The notes under the pieces: model-generated
Told to the model about the DNA's origin: nothing
The model's input: only the letters and a program-made list of their open reading frames with translations
The model's database searches: none
Position numbers and translations under genes: made by a program
DNA from: Oxobacter pfennigii
GTDB taxonomy: Bacteria; Bacillota; Clostridia; Clostridiales; Oxobacteraceae
DNA length: 64,000 bases
Direction: 5' to 3'
Assembly: GCF_001317355.1 (NCBI RefSeq)
Contig: NZ_LKET01000039.1
Location: 350,574-414,573, forward strand
Shown here: piece after piece, positions 51,144 to 60,667 of the stretch
Numbering within the stretch: the first letter of the stretch is position 1
How the letters are laid out: each line of letters opens with the position of its first letter

Positions 51144-52237
51144 TAAGATTCGTAAAGAGAGCAGAAATATCAAAATTAAAAAGCACCTTAATACGCTTGT
51201 CAGCCATAATCCTCGCCCTCCTTTTATTTGCAATCTTTATATATTTAATATCGAAGGAAAATCCTTTTGAGGTATACGCATCCATGCTGAAAGGGGCATT
51301 TGGTTCAAGATACAGGTTCAATGAAGTGGTTATAAAGGCAGTTCCCCTTATAATTTCATCCTTAGGGATTGCCATAGCTTTTAAAATGAAGTTCTGGAAT
51401 ATAGGCGCCGAAGGGCAGATAATGATGGGAGCCTTTGCAGCAAGCTTTATAGCCCTTAAATTCCCTGGACTGCCCCAGATAGTAATGCTGACTGCAATGG
51501 TTATAGCAGGCGTATTGATGGGGGGGATATGGGCTCTCATTCCGGCATTCTTCAAGGCCCAGTGGAGAACCAACGAGACTATAGTTACATTGATGCTGAA
51601 TTATGTGGCATTGAAATTTGTGACCTACCTTCAATACGGACCATGGAAGGATCCAAAGGCGACGGGCTTTCCGAAAATACCTAATTTTGTGGATGCAGCC
51701 ATCCTTCCTAAAGTCTTAGGTATTCACATAGGGTGGATAATTGCTATAGTGCTGGCAATTGTCATGTATATAGTTATGACTCACAGCAAATTGGGCTATG
51801 AGGTTTCCGTAATAGGTGAAAGTGAAAGAACCGCACAATATGCAGGTATAGATATAAAAAAGACTATAATAACAGCCGTTTTAATAAGCGGAGGCTTGTG
51901 CGGCCTTACAGGAATGATTCAGGCATCGGCTGTAAGCAACACCTTAAATATTGAAGTTTCGGGGGGGCTGGGCTTCACAGCTATTATAACAACCTGGCTG
52001 TCCGGTCTTTCAGCGCCATTTATAGTTGTAGCTTCTTTTCTTTTTGCAGCGCTTTTACAGGGCGGGTCATACATTCAGACAGCCTTTAACATCCCCGCCT
52101 CCATAGCACTTATGCTGCAGGGAATTATACTGTTTTTCGTTTTAGGCAGCGAGTTTTTTATAAACTTCATGCCGGTTACTCAAAAGCAGCTTAATACTAT
52201 GATAAAATTACAAGCTTCAGGCAAGGAGGGGAAATAA
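51140..52237 (+). CDS. ABC transporter permease (NupP-like)
   Basis: Polytopic, coupled to the ATPase gene. Confidence 0.8.
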   Translation: MIRFVKRAEISKLKSTLIRLSAIILALLLFAIFIYLISKENPFEVYASMLKGAFGSRYRFNEVVIKAVPLIISSLGIAIAFKMKFWNIGAEGQIMMGAFAASFIALKFPGLPQIVMLTAMVIAGVLMGGIWALIPAFFKAQWRTNETIVTLMLNYVALKFVTYLQYGPWKDPKATGFPKIPNFVDAAILPKVLGIHIGWIIAIVLAIVMYIVMTHSKLGYEVSVIGESERTAQYAGIDIKKTIITAVLISGGLCGLTGMIQASAVSNTLNIEVSGGLGFTAIITTWLSGLSAPFIVVASFLFAALLQGGSYIQTAFNIPASIALMLQGIILFFVLGSEFFINFMPVTQKQLNTMIKLQASGKEGK

Positions 52238-52238
52238 C

Positions 52239-53174
52239 ATGGATTATATAGCATCCTTTTTTGCCGCAGCAATTGTGGCAGGCACTCCTCTTTTATTTGC
52301 TACCTTAGGTGAGATAATAACCGAAAAAGCAGGCCTTACTAACTTAGGTGTTGAAGGTATGATGCTCATGGGAGCCGTAGGCGGCTTTCAGGCCGGGCTT
52401 TTAACCCAGAACCCGGTTATCGCAATTTTATCAGGAGCCCTTGGCGGAATGATAGGAGCATTGATATTTGCATTTTTGACCATAGAGCTTCGCGTAAACC
52501 AGATTGTTTGCGGACTGGCGCTCAGTATATTCGGTGAGGGCTTTGCAAGCTACATGGGTAAAATTCTGGGGGGGAAAATGGTACCTCAGGCCCTTAAGGC
52601 ATATTTCATGCCCTATAAAATACCACTTTTAGGTGATATCCCATTCCTGGGAAGAATTTTCTTCAGCCAGGATCCTTACATCTATTTAGGATATATAATA
52701 GCAATACTATTAGGGCTATATCTTTACAAAACCCGGCCCGGCTTAACTTTGCGCTCCATCGGCGAAAACCCCGGAGCAGCCGACGCCGCGGGAATTAATA
52801 TATCAAGATATAAATACATTCACACACTTTTAGGCGGTGCCTTATCAGGGTTAGGCGGTGCTTACCTCTCCTTGGTATACGTTCCTGCATGGCAGGAAGG
52901 CATAACGGCAGGAAGAGGCTGGATAGCCGTAGCCCTGGTTATATTTGCAACCTGGAACCCTTACAAAGCAATTTTAGGCTCTTACCTTTTCGGCGGCTTA
53001 GACATCATAGGCTTCAGATTGCAGGGCACAAAATTTGCAGTATCCCAGTACCTTATCGATATGCTTCCCTACATGGTAACCATATCCGTACTGGTTTTCG
53101 TTTCACTGAAAAAATCAAAGGACAACTCCCCTCCCGCGGCCTTGGGAACCCCTTACTTCCGCGAAGAGAGGTAA
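52239..53174 (+). CDS. ABC transporter permease (NupQ-like)
   Basis: Polytopic, coupled to the upstream permease. Confidence 0.8.
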   Translation: MDYIASFFAAAIVAGTPLLFATLGEIITEKAGLTNLGVEGMMLMGAVGGFQAGLLTQNPVIAILSGALGGMIGALIFAFLTIELRVNQIVCGLALSIFGEGFASYMGKILGGKMVPQALKAYFMPYKIPLLGDIPFLGRIFFSQDPYIYLGYIIAILLGLYLYKTRPGLTLRSIGENPGAADAAGINISRYKYIHTLLGGALSGLGGAYLSLVYVPAWQEGITAGRGWIAVALVIFATWNPYKAILGSYLFGGLDIIGFRLQGTKFAVSQYLIDMLPYMVTISVLVFVSLKKSKDNSPPAALGTPYFREER

Positions 53175-53182
53175 CAAATTTG

Positions 53183-53207
53183 GGGATACAACTTTAGTTG
53201 TGTCTCC
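53183..53207. repeat. REP-like hairpin copy 2 (GGGGATACAACTTTAGTTGTGTCTCC), 9 nt after the permease stop
   Basis: Same palindrome as 790-813. Its two substitutions keep pairing as G-U wobbles only in the + strand transcript. Confidence 0.65.
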
Positions 53208-53227
53208 TTACACTTTTACGCTGAATT

Positions 53228-53420
53228 TTGAACACCCCTCTCGTTGTGTTCCAGTTCTGAAAGTTCTAAGGCTCCCTGCCTTGAAAATGCAAGAATTTTT
53301 AAACTTCCTTCCGCTCAGACAATCTAAAATTCTAAGCAATATCTTTGGCAGCGTCGCCAAGAACTTTCAAAGAACTCTCACAATGCTATGGCGTTGTTCA
53401 AAATTCAGCGTCCTAAAATG
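53228..53420 (-). repeat. Dispersed element family B, copy 2 (inverted relative to 8465-8660)
   Basis: The reverse complement aligns to 8465-8660 at about 85-90 percent identity. Confidence 0.55.
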
Positions 53421-53737
53421 TACATCTACAGCCTCTGACTATATTAACAGCAGTCAGGGGCTATTTACGTTGTATTCCTTTCCATATACAAGTTTGCTAC
53501 TTTGGATATAATTGAATATAATAAATACTGATATCATTTCAAGCTTTTGACTGTATTAATTGCCATCTAAACGGAATTGTGTAGAATCTATATAGAACAA
53601 GCAAATGAAAATTGCTATGATATCAGTAAAGACGGAGTTATAGCGGAATGTTCATGTGGCTGTTAACCTCTATACTTGGGTTAGAGTGTAAATGATGTTT
53701 GTTTATAAATAAAAGAATCTTTAAAGTTGAGATGGCG

Positions 53738-54068
53738 TGATATGATGAATGGACATTGCGAAAGGACTGTAGAAGCTGTTAACGAAGCGGAGGAAAGCTG
53801 GAGTCATTATATGAGTGATAGAGATGTTTATAAGAAAGATTAAAATAATCTGACTTTATAATTTATGTAACTTCTGCCTTCATTTGCAAAGCTGGAAATA
53901 ACAAAGCTGGAAATAATAGCGTAAAGGCCGTGTTTCTGTTAGCGAAGTACATGAAGCATAAGTCATTGTCTGAGCGATAGCGTATAAATTGAGGACATTC
54001 CTCAATAAAAAGAGGAGTGTCCCCTAACCTTAAACATACGAGTTTTACAGACACTAGGAATTAGAGCG
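53738..54068 (+). repeat. Dispersed element family A, long mosaic copy
   Basis: GTGATATGATGAATGGACATTGCGAAAGGACTGTAGAAGCTGTTAACGAAGC ... ATAAGTCATTGTCTGAGCGATAGCG ... GAGGACATTCCTCAATAAAAAGAGGAGTGTCCCC ... GAGTTTTACAGACACTAGGA. It shares 5-prime and 3-prime blocks with 18895 and 58214. Confidence 0.55.
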
Positions 54069-54116
54069 TAATTGACGGCTTAAAAATGAAAACAGAGGGG
54101 TAAGGAGAGAACTAAA

Positions 54117-55139
54117 ATGGAGAGGAAAGATTATGTTGTATTGGGGATAGAGTCAAGCTGCGACGAGACCTCGGCGGCAGTTGTTAAGGGCGGCAGAGAG
54201 CTCCTTTCAAATATAATATCGACACAGATAGAGCTGCATAAAAAGTTCGGAGGAGTAGTGCCGGAGGTAGCGTCAAGGAAACATGTGGAGCTTATAAATG
54301 TGGTTATACAGGAAGCCTTGGATAAAGCGGGAGTGACCCTTAATGATGTGGATATTATAGGAGCGACTTACGGGCCTGGACTGGTAGGAGCCCTTTTGGT
54401 AGGGCTTTCGACGGCAAAGGCACTAAGCTTTGCTGCAAAGAAAAAATTTGTAGGCGTAAACCACATAGAGGGCCATATATGTGCTAATTTTCTGGCACAT
54501 AAAGAGCTGGAGCCTCCTTTTGTGTGTCTGGTGGTGTCAGGAGGCCATACCAATATAGTTTACATCGAAGATTACGGAAAATTTGAAATAATGGGAAGAA
54601 CCAGAGATGACGCTGCAGGAGAAGCCTATGATAAAATTGCCAGGGCATTGGGACTGGGCTATCCGGGAGGTCCGGTAATTGATAAACTGGCGCTTCAGGG
54701 CAACAAGGATGCCGTTAACTTCCCCAGAATAAACCTTGATAAAAGCCTTGATTTCAGCTTCAGCGGATTAAAGACCTCTGTTTTAAATTATATAAATAAG
54801 CTTAATATGGTAGGCACAAAGATAATAGTTGAGGATGTTGCCGCAGCCTTTCAAGAGGCGGTGGTGGACGTTCTTGTGGATAAGACAATAAATGCCGCCA
54901 TTTTGAAAAAAAGCAAAATAATTGGAATTGCCGGCGGAGTTGCGTCAAATTCAAGACTGAGAGAAAAATTCATGGAGAAGGCTAAGATACACGATATACA
55001 AATATTTTTTCCACCTCCCATATTGTGCACCGATAATGCAGCTATGATCGCTTCGGCAGCATATTACGAATATGTAAACGGAAGGGAATCGGATATGAGT
55101 CTTAACGCAAACCCTTCATTAAGGCTGGGTCAGCGGTAA
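54117..55139 (+). CDS. tsaD: tRNA N6-adenosine threonylcarbamoyltransferase
   Basis: Kae1/TsaD N-terminus ([16 protein letters not shown]) and metal-binding H..H. Confidence 0.9.
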   Translation: MERKDYVVLGIESSCDETSAAVVKGGRELLSNIISTQIELHKKFGGVVPEVASRKHVELINVVIQEALDKAGVTLNDVDIIGATYGPGLVGALLVGLSTAKALSFAAKKKFVGVNHIEGHICANFLAHKELEPPFVCLVVSGGHTNIVYIEDYGKFEIMGRTRDDAAGEAYDKIARALGLGYPGGPVIDKLALQGNKDAVNFPRINLDKSLDFSFSGLKTSVLNYINKLNMVGTKIIVEDVAAAFQEAVVDVLVDKTINAAILKKSKIIGIAGGVASNSRLREKFMEKAKIHDIQIFFPPPILCTDNAAMIASAAYYEYVNGRESDMSLNANPSLRLGQR

Positions 55140-55237
55140 GGCATATTTTGTATATGCAATTAGTGTATAATCTATAATTTTGTATTATGTAAACAGATTA
55201 TGAGTAAATTTTAAAGAATGGTTGTTAAAAACTCAAT

Positions 55238-55319
55238 TGTGGATAGTGTGAAAATAGTCATAAAATTAGAAAGTTCTAGTGTGGATATCTGTGGATAACT
55301 GTGTGGATAATGTGGATGG
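55238..55319 (-). promoter_or_regulatory. cluster of five DnaA boxes (TTATCCACA on the minus strand)
   Basis: TGTGGATAG at 55238, TGTGGATAT at 55280, TGTGGATAA at 55290, TGTGGATAA at 55302 and TGTGGATGG at 55311, all in one orientation within 82 bp. Confidence 0.6.
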
Positions 55320-55417
55320 ACTGCATTAACATAACAAAAAAAATTTATTTACGACATATTTTATGTGTACCAAAGTATACTGAGAAATTATGCATATGCA
55401 TTAAAAAGAGGTAAAAA

Positions 55418-56755
55418 ATGAAAACCGCACCTTATGATTATATACTTAAAACCATTGATAATACTAATATCTTGCCTGTAACCTCCAAATGCATCACCGG
55501 GTGTATATTCTGCAGTCATAAGAATAATCCTGCGGATATTGTTACATTTTGTATGCCAAATTTGTCGTCAAACCAAATTAAGGATTTATGTGAGTTTTTA
55601 GATAAGAATAAAAGGATCGTAATAGGTGAATCAGCCAGCAGAATAATAGAGGGAGAACCTTTCTTAAGGGAGGATTTATTAGATATACTTTACTATATAA
55701 GAAATAAATTCAAAAACACCCCCATAGTAATAACTACAAGCGGTAACCAGCTGACAAAAGAAAAAATAAGAAAATTAAAGGAATTTGAGCCTATAGAAAT
55801 CAATTTATCTTTAAACAGCTCAACAAAAATCGGCAGAGAACTTCTTTTTAAAGGAAAGCACCATGAAAATGCTGTCATAGCACCAAAGCATTTAAGTGAT
55901 GCAGGTGTAGCTTTTAACGGCAGCCTGGTAGCAATGCCTGACATAGCGGGCTATGAGGATATAGAAGAGACTGTTTCCTTTTTAAGCGAAAGCGGAGCAC
56001 AGACTGTAAGGGTATATGTTCCCGGCTTTTCAAAGTTTAGTGAGTATGATGCGGATTTCTTTGAAATAAGAGAACGCTTAAATATTATAGCAGACAGGGT
56101 CCATGAAAAGTACAGGGTACCTATACTTGTGGAACCCCCGGAAATAAATAATCTTACTCCTGCCATAGCCGGTGTTATTAGAAATTCCCCTGCCCAAATC
56201 TGTGGCATGGAAAAAGGGGACATAGTATTAAAAGTAAATGACTATAAGCCTCAGTCCAGAGTGGATGCCTATAACCGCATATATAAAGATCAAAATCCCA
56301 AAGTAACCATAAAAAGAAAAAATTGTGAATTTAAAGCTACAATAATAAAGGAAGGTGACGCATCGGCAGGCGCAGTATTTTATTACGACCTTCACCCCGA
56401 TACCATAAGAAGCATTGATAAATCCATAAAAAGATGCAATGCTAAAAAACCCGTTATTATAACGTCCCGCCTGGCCTATAAGGCTATTGAATCAGGCATA
56501 AAGAATATGTCCATGTTCGGTGACGGTCATATTAATATTTTGGCTGTGGATAATAAGTACTTCGGCGGCACTATAATGTGCGCAGGGCTTCTAACGGTGG
56601 ATGACATAATTGATAAACTATCAGCTTCCAAAGAAGAGTATGATTTAATAATTCTCCCGGCCGCTCCATTTGATTTGAGTGGCTATGACCTTACAGGCCA
56701 TAACTTTGAAGAAATACAGGATAAGCTAAATATTAGAGCAATAATAGCCGAATAG
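55418..56755 (+). CDS. radical SAM protein with internal PDZ domain (DUF512-type)
   Basis: CITGCIFC (CX3CX2C) at residues 25-32 and a PDZ-like GMEKGDIVLKVNDY segment. 445 aa. Confidence 0.7.
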   Translation: MKTAPYDYILKTIDNTNILPVTSKCITGCIFCSHKNNPADIVTFCMPNLSSNQIKDLCEFLDKNKRIVIGESASRIIEGEPFLREDLLDILYYIRNKFKNTPIVITTSGNQLTKEKIRKLKEFEPIEINLSLNSSTKIGRELLFKGKHHENAVIAPKHLSDAGVAFNGSLVAMPDIAGYEDIEETVSFLSESGAQTVRVYVPGFSKFSEYDADFFEIRERLNIIADRVHEKYRVPILVEPPEINNLTPAIAGVIRNSPAQICGMEKGDIVLKVNDYKPQSRVDAYNRIYKDQNPKVTIKRKNCEFKATIIKEGDASAGAVFYYDLHPDTIRSIDKSIKRCNAKKPVIITSRLAYKAIESGIKNMSMFGDGHINILAVDNKYFGGTIMCAGLLTVDDIIDKLSASKEEYDLIILPAAPFDLSGYDLTGHNFEEIQDKLNIRAIIAE

Positions 56756-56901
56756 CACTAAAAAGCCATTTTACGGCAATTTGTAAATTTATAAACATAA
56801 AAATTTTTATTTTTATAAATTTTTTTATTTAATTATGGAGGAAATAGTAAATTTTTGAAGAATATTACCATAATTATAAAAATTTACAAGGGGAATATGT
56901 C

Positions 56902-58149
56902 ATGGACTTCAATGATGAAAACTCGGCAATAATGTTTGAATTATTAAGCAACATTTTATTTTATCCGGCACCCATTGGAAAGTCAGATGAGATATATACT
57001 ATGCTTTTAAGGCAATTCATAACCGCCTTCAAAGGCGAAATGGGTTTCATGCATTTGTTCAAAAACAGCAGCCTTAAGCTGGACGAGGACCTTATAACAT
57101 ACTACAATGTTCCCCGGGATTACATGGATATATTGATTCGCAACAAGGATAAGGTTTCTATAGAATTGGACAAAGTATTTTCACAGGGTAAATGCTATCT
57201 TTTAGATGAGAACGGTGGAAGTCAATATGAATTAAATGCCATGAGGAAGAAATATAAAATTGTATATTCCGTTACTGTGCCCATGTGGCTGGAAGATAAA
57301 CTGACAGGGATAGTATATATTGCCTCAACAAAGAAAAATTTTGCCTTTGAAGACCGCATAGATTTCATGAAGGATTGCTGCAACAGGGCAGCAGCCGTTC
57401 TTAAAATACGCGCTGAATTTTTTTCCATTTATGACAGCCTTCTTCATGTGGAAAAAATGAATGCCTTAAACGTATTGACCGGCGGTATCGCCCATGAGTT
57501 TAACAATGTGCTGACTCCTATCCTGGGATTTTCACAGATGCTTATTAAAAAGCTGGATGATCCCAATTTAAAAATATATGCCCAAATGATAGAACAAAGT
57601 GCCAGGGACGGGGCTATGATTGTCAAAAGGGTAAATGAATTCACTAGAAAAGAGGCGGCTGGAGAAAAAGAACCCTGTGATATAAACGATTTGATATTAA
57701 AGAGCATTTACATGGTTCATCCCCAGTGGAAGGAAGAAGAATTGACTGCAGGTAAAAAGGTTTCGATATACACCGAATTAAAGGCCAGCGGGTATGTATA
57801 CTGCAACTGCTGTGAAATCAGGGATGTAATAACCAATCTTCTCATAAACGCCTTCGATGCTATTGAAACCACAGGCAAAATAACAGTAAAAAGCTGGGAT
57901 GAGGACGACAACGTATGCTTTGTTATAGAGGACGACGGCATAGGCATGAGCGATGAAGTCTTGGAAAAAATATTCACGCCTTTTTTCACTACTAAAACCA
58001 AGAGAGGCACCGGTCTTGGCCTATCTATCGCCCACAACATAATCGCCGGCTATTTCGGCACTATCAACGCTTACAGCATCCCCGGCTACGGCACCCAAAT
58101 GGTCGTCAAACTCCCCCTTTATAATCCACCGGCACATGATGCAACCTAG
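56902..58149 (+). CDS. cytoplasmic sensor histidine kinase with N-terminal GAF-like domain
   Basis: HisKA H-box (GIAHEFNNVLTPILG) and HATPase_c G-boxes (EDDGIGM, GTGLGLSIA). No TM helices and no adjacent response regulator. Confidence 0.75.
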   Translation: MDFNDENSAIMFELLSNILFYPAPIGKSDEIYTMLLRQFITAFKGEMGFMHLFKNSSLKLDEDLITYYNVPRDYMDILIRNKDKVSIELDKVFSQGKCYLLDENGGSQYELNAMRKKYKIVYSVTVPMWLEDKLTGIVYIASTKKNFAFEDRIDFMKDCCNRAAAVLKIRAEFFSIYDSLLHVEKMNALNVLTGGIAHEFNNVLTPILGFSQMLIKKLDDPNLKIYAQMIEQSARDGAMIVKRVNEFTRKEAAGEKEPCDINDLILKSIYMVHPQWKEEELTAGKKVSIYTELKASGYVYCNCCEIRDVITNLLINAFDAIETTGKITVKSWDEDDNVCFVIEDDGIGMSDEVLEKIFTPFFTTKTKRGTGLGLSIAHNIIAGYFGTINAYSIPGYGTQMVVKLPLYNPPAHDAT

Positions 58150-58213
58150 ACTGCTTAGAAAAAATAAGCTTATCAAACTTAGGGGATTAAGTACAAACTA
58201 ATGTACCAGCAGA

Positions 58214-58437
58214 TATGATGAACAAAACATTGCGCAGTGACTGCAGAGGCTGTTAACGAGGTAATTTTGCATAGTCTATTAGTAACGAAGACTAGTAGAT
58301 GTGATAGTAAGCCAAAAGAGATAGCGGAATGTCCGTGTGCCTGTTAACGAAGGACAGGCAACATAAGTCATTGTTTGAGCGATAGCGAGTTATGACTTAT
58401 GTCCTGGCCGAGTTTTACAGACACTAGGACATGCAGC
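58214..58437 (+). repeat. Dispersed element family A, long copy
   Basis: AGATATGATGAACAAAACATTGCGCAGTGACTGCAGAGGCTGTTAACGAGG ... ATAGCGGAATGTCCGTGTGCCTGTTAAC ... ATAAGTCATTGTTTGAGCGATAGCG ... GAGTTTTACAGACACTAGGA. Confidence 0.55.
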
Positions 58438-58466
58438 GTTCTGAAGGTTTACTATCAATCGCATTG

Positions 58467-60395
58467 TTAAACTAAAGTTTCCCACTGCTCGTATAGGGAA
58501 GAGAGCTTAGATTCTAAATTTTTAAGTTCATCGTTAATCTCCTGGCACTTCACCGGATCCGAGTAAATGGTATCCAGACAGAGGAACTCGTGGAGCTCGG
58601 CAATGCGAGCTTCGCAAGAAGAGATATCCTCTTCAATGGACTTTATGATTTCTTTCTCTTTTTTCTCCCTTTGAGCCTGCTCCTTTAATTTGCGTTTTTC
58701 TTCCTTCATGGCGGTCTTGGTCATGCCGGGCAAAATTTGGGGCTGCTCAATAAACCTGGTGGGCCTGCCTTTTTTCTCAAGATAATATGAGTAGTTTCCA
58801 GGGTATTCCGTCGTGCCTGCCAAGCCTTCAAGATAAACAATGCGGTTTACCACCTTGTTTAAAAAATACCTGTCATGAGAAATTGTGAGTATGGTTCCGT
58901 CATAATTTAAAAGAGCATTCTCCAAGGCTTCCTTCGATATTATATCAAGATGATTTGTAGGTTCATCCAGCAGAAGAAAATTTGCCTGGGACAGCATGAG
59001 CTTAACTAAAGCCACACGGCTTTTTTCTCCTCCGCTAAGCGTGCTTATGCTCTTAAAAGCATCCTCTCCCGGGAAGAGAAAGGCGCCTAAAATTGTGCGA
59101 AGCTTTGTTTGTGTCAGGTCTGGATATGTATCCCATACCTCATCAATAACTGTTTTATTTACATCCAAATCCGACTGTTCCTGATCGTAATATCCTATCT
59201 TAACGTTGCGCCCTAAGTTAATATGGCCGGAATCGGGATTTAAAGCTCCCATAATCATCTTAAACAGCGTAGTCTTTCCCGTTCCGTTAGGGCCGATTAG
59301 CGCCACCCTTTCACCCTTTTTAAGATAAAGGTCTAAATTATTAAAAAGGGTTCTTGTTCCGAAGGATTTGGAGAGATTTTCGGCATCCAATACGTCATTG
59401 CCGCTTTTTATCCTTACCTCAAAGCTCATTTTTGCTGCTTCGGGATCGTTATCCGGCCGGTCAATGCGCTCGATTTTCTCCAATGCCTTTTCACGGCTTT
59501 CAGCCTGCTTGATGCTTTTTTCCCTGTTGTAGGACCTGAAGCGTTCAATTATAGCTTCCTGTCTTGCAATTTCCTTTTGCTGAAGATTATACTGCTTGTA
59601 GAGGTTCTCTTTTCTTACTTCTCTTTCCCGCACATAATATGAATAATTGCCGTTGTATTCATCCAGCCTGTTGTTGCCAAGCTCATAGGTTTTGTTGGTC
59701 ACAATATCAAGAAAGAACCTGTCGTGGGAAATAATAAAAAGGCACCCTCTGTAAGCCTTTAAAAAATCCTCCAGCCATTCCACCGCATCTAAATCCAAAT
59801 GGTTTGTAGGTTCATCAAGCAAGAGAATATCCGGTTTTGTAAGCAGAAGCTTTCCTAAGGCAACTCTGGTTTTTTGACCTCCGCTTAAAATATTTATCCC
59901 TTTATCAAAATCCTCGGCTGTAAAGCCCAGCCCTATAAGCACACCTTTGGAGAAGCTTCCGTAACCATAGCCGTCACGGCGGGTGAATTCATCCTGAAGG
60001 TTTGAGTATTCCGTCATAAGCCTTTCATGATATTCAGTGTCTGCCATGTTCTTTTCGTCGGCTATCATAATTTCAAGCTCTCTTAGACGGGCTTCCATCT
60101 TGACTAAATCATCATACACAGTTAAAACTTCCTCAATGACCGTCCTTGAGGAATCAAGGGACATGTTCTGAGGGAGATATCCAAGAGATATATCTTTAGC
60201 GGTATATTTATCGCCTGAATCGGCAATAATTTCACCGATTATTATTTTAAACAATGTTGATTTTCCGGCGCCGTTTACGCCTACAAGTCCTATTTTATCT
60301 CCTTCCTGCATACTGAAGGAGATATTTTCCAGTATGGTATTTGTACCATAAGCTTTGCAGATATTATTACAAGAGAGGACAATCAAAAATATCAC
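58467..60395 (-). CDS. ABC-F family ATPase (YdiF/Uup-like translation factor, no TM domains)
   Basis: Two ABC cassettes (GVNGAGKST, GPNGTGKTT), an inter-domain linker and a C-terminal coiled coil. 642 aa. Confidence 0.85.
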   Translation of the reverse strand: MIFLIVLSCNNICKAYGTNTILENISFSMQEGDKIGLVGVNGAGKSTLFKIIIGEIIADSGDKYTAKDISLGYLPQNMSLDSSRTVIEEVLTVYDDLVKMEARLRELEIMIADEKNMADTEYHERLMTEYSNLQDEFTRRDGYGYGSFSKGVLIGLGFTAEDFDKGINILSGGQKTRVALGKLLLTKPDILLLDEPTNHLDLDAVEWLEDFLKAYRGCLFIISHDRFFLDIVTNKTYELGNNRLDEYNGNYSYYVREREVRKENLYKQYNLQQKEIARQEAIIERFRSYNREKSIKQAESREKALEKIERIDRPDNDPEAAKMSFEVRIKSGNDVLDAENLSKSFGTRTLFNNLDLYLKKGERVALIGPNGTGKTTLFKMIMGALNPDSGHINLGRNVKIGYYDQEQSDLDVNKTVIDEVWDTYPDLTQTKLRTILGAFLFPGEDAFKSISTLSGGEKSRVALVKLMLSQANFLLLDEPTNHLDIISKEALENALLNYDGTILTISHDRYFLNKVVNRIVYLEGLAGTTEYPGNYSYYLEKKGRPTRFIEQPQILPGMTKTAMKEEKRKLKEQAQREKKEKEIIKSIEEDISSCEARIAELHEFLCLDTIYSDPVKCQEINDELKNLESKLSSLYEQWETLV

Positions 60396-60667
60396 CTCCG
60401 ATAGATATTATAACAAAAATTTAGCTTTTCTAAGGCTCTTTTAACATGTATAATAATTCTATCAAATAATAAATGTAAAATAAATATTTAAAATTATTCT
60501 TAAAAAATGATAAATTAATACTAAAGAGGTCGAAATTTTTGTATTGTAGTGTATAATAATTATTAGTGTATAATATTTATGATGAATGAATCGGAGATTC
60601 ATTTCCTCATGAAATTTTCTATGAGGATTTCATGATATGTAAATAATCCTTAATATATAGGAGGTGG

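Noticed and set aside
55238-55319. Chromosomal replication origin (oriC)
   Set aside because: No dnaA or dnaN gene is nearby and there is no AT-rich DNA-unwinding element with the right layout. The context matches the non-origin DnaA-box cluster next to tsaD (gcp) known from Bacillus.
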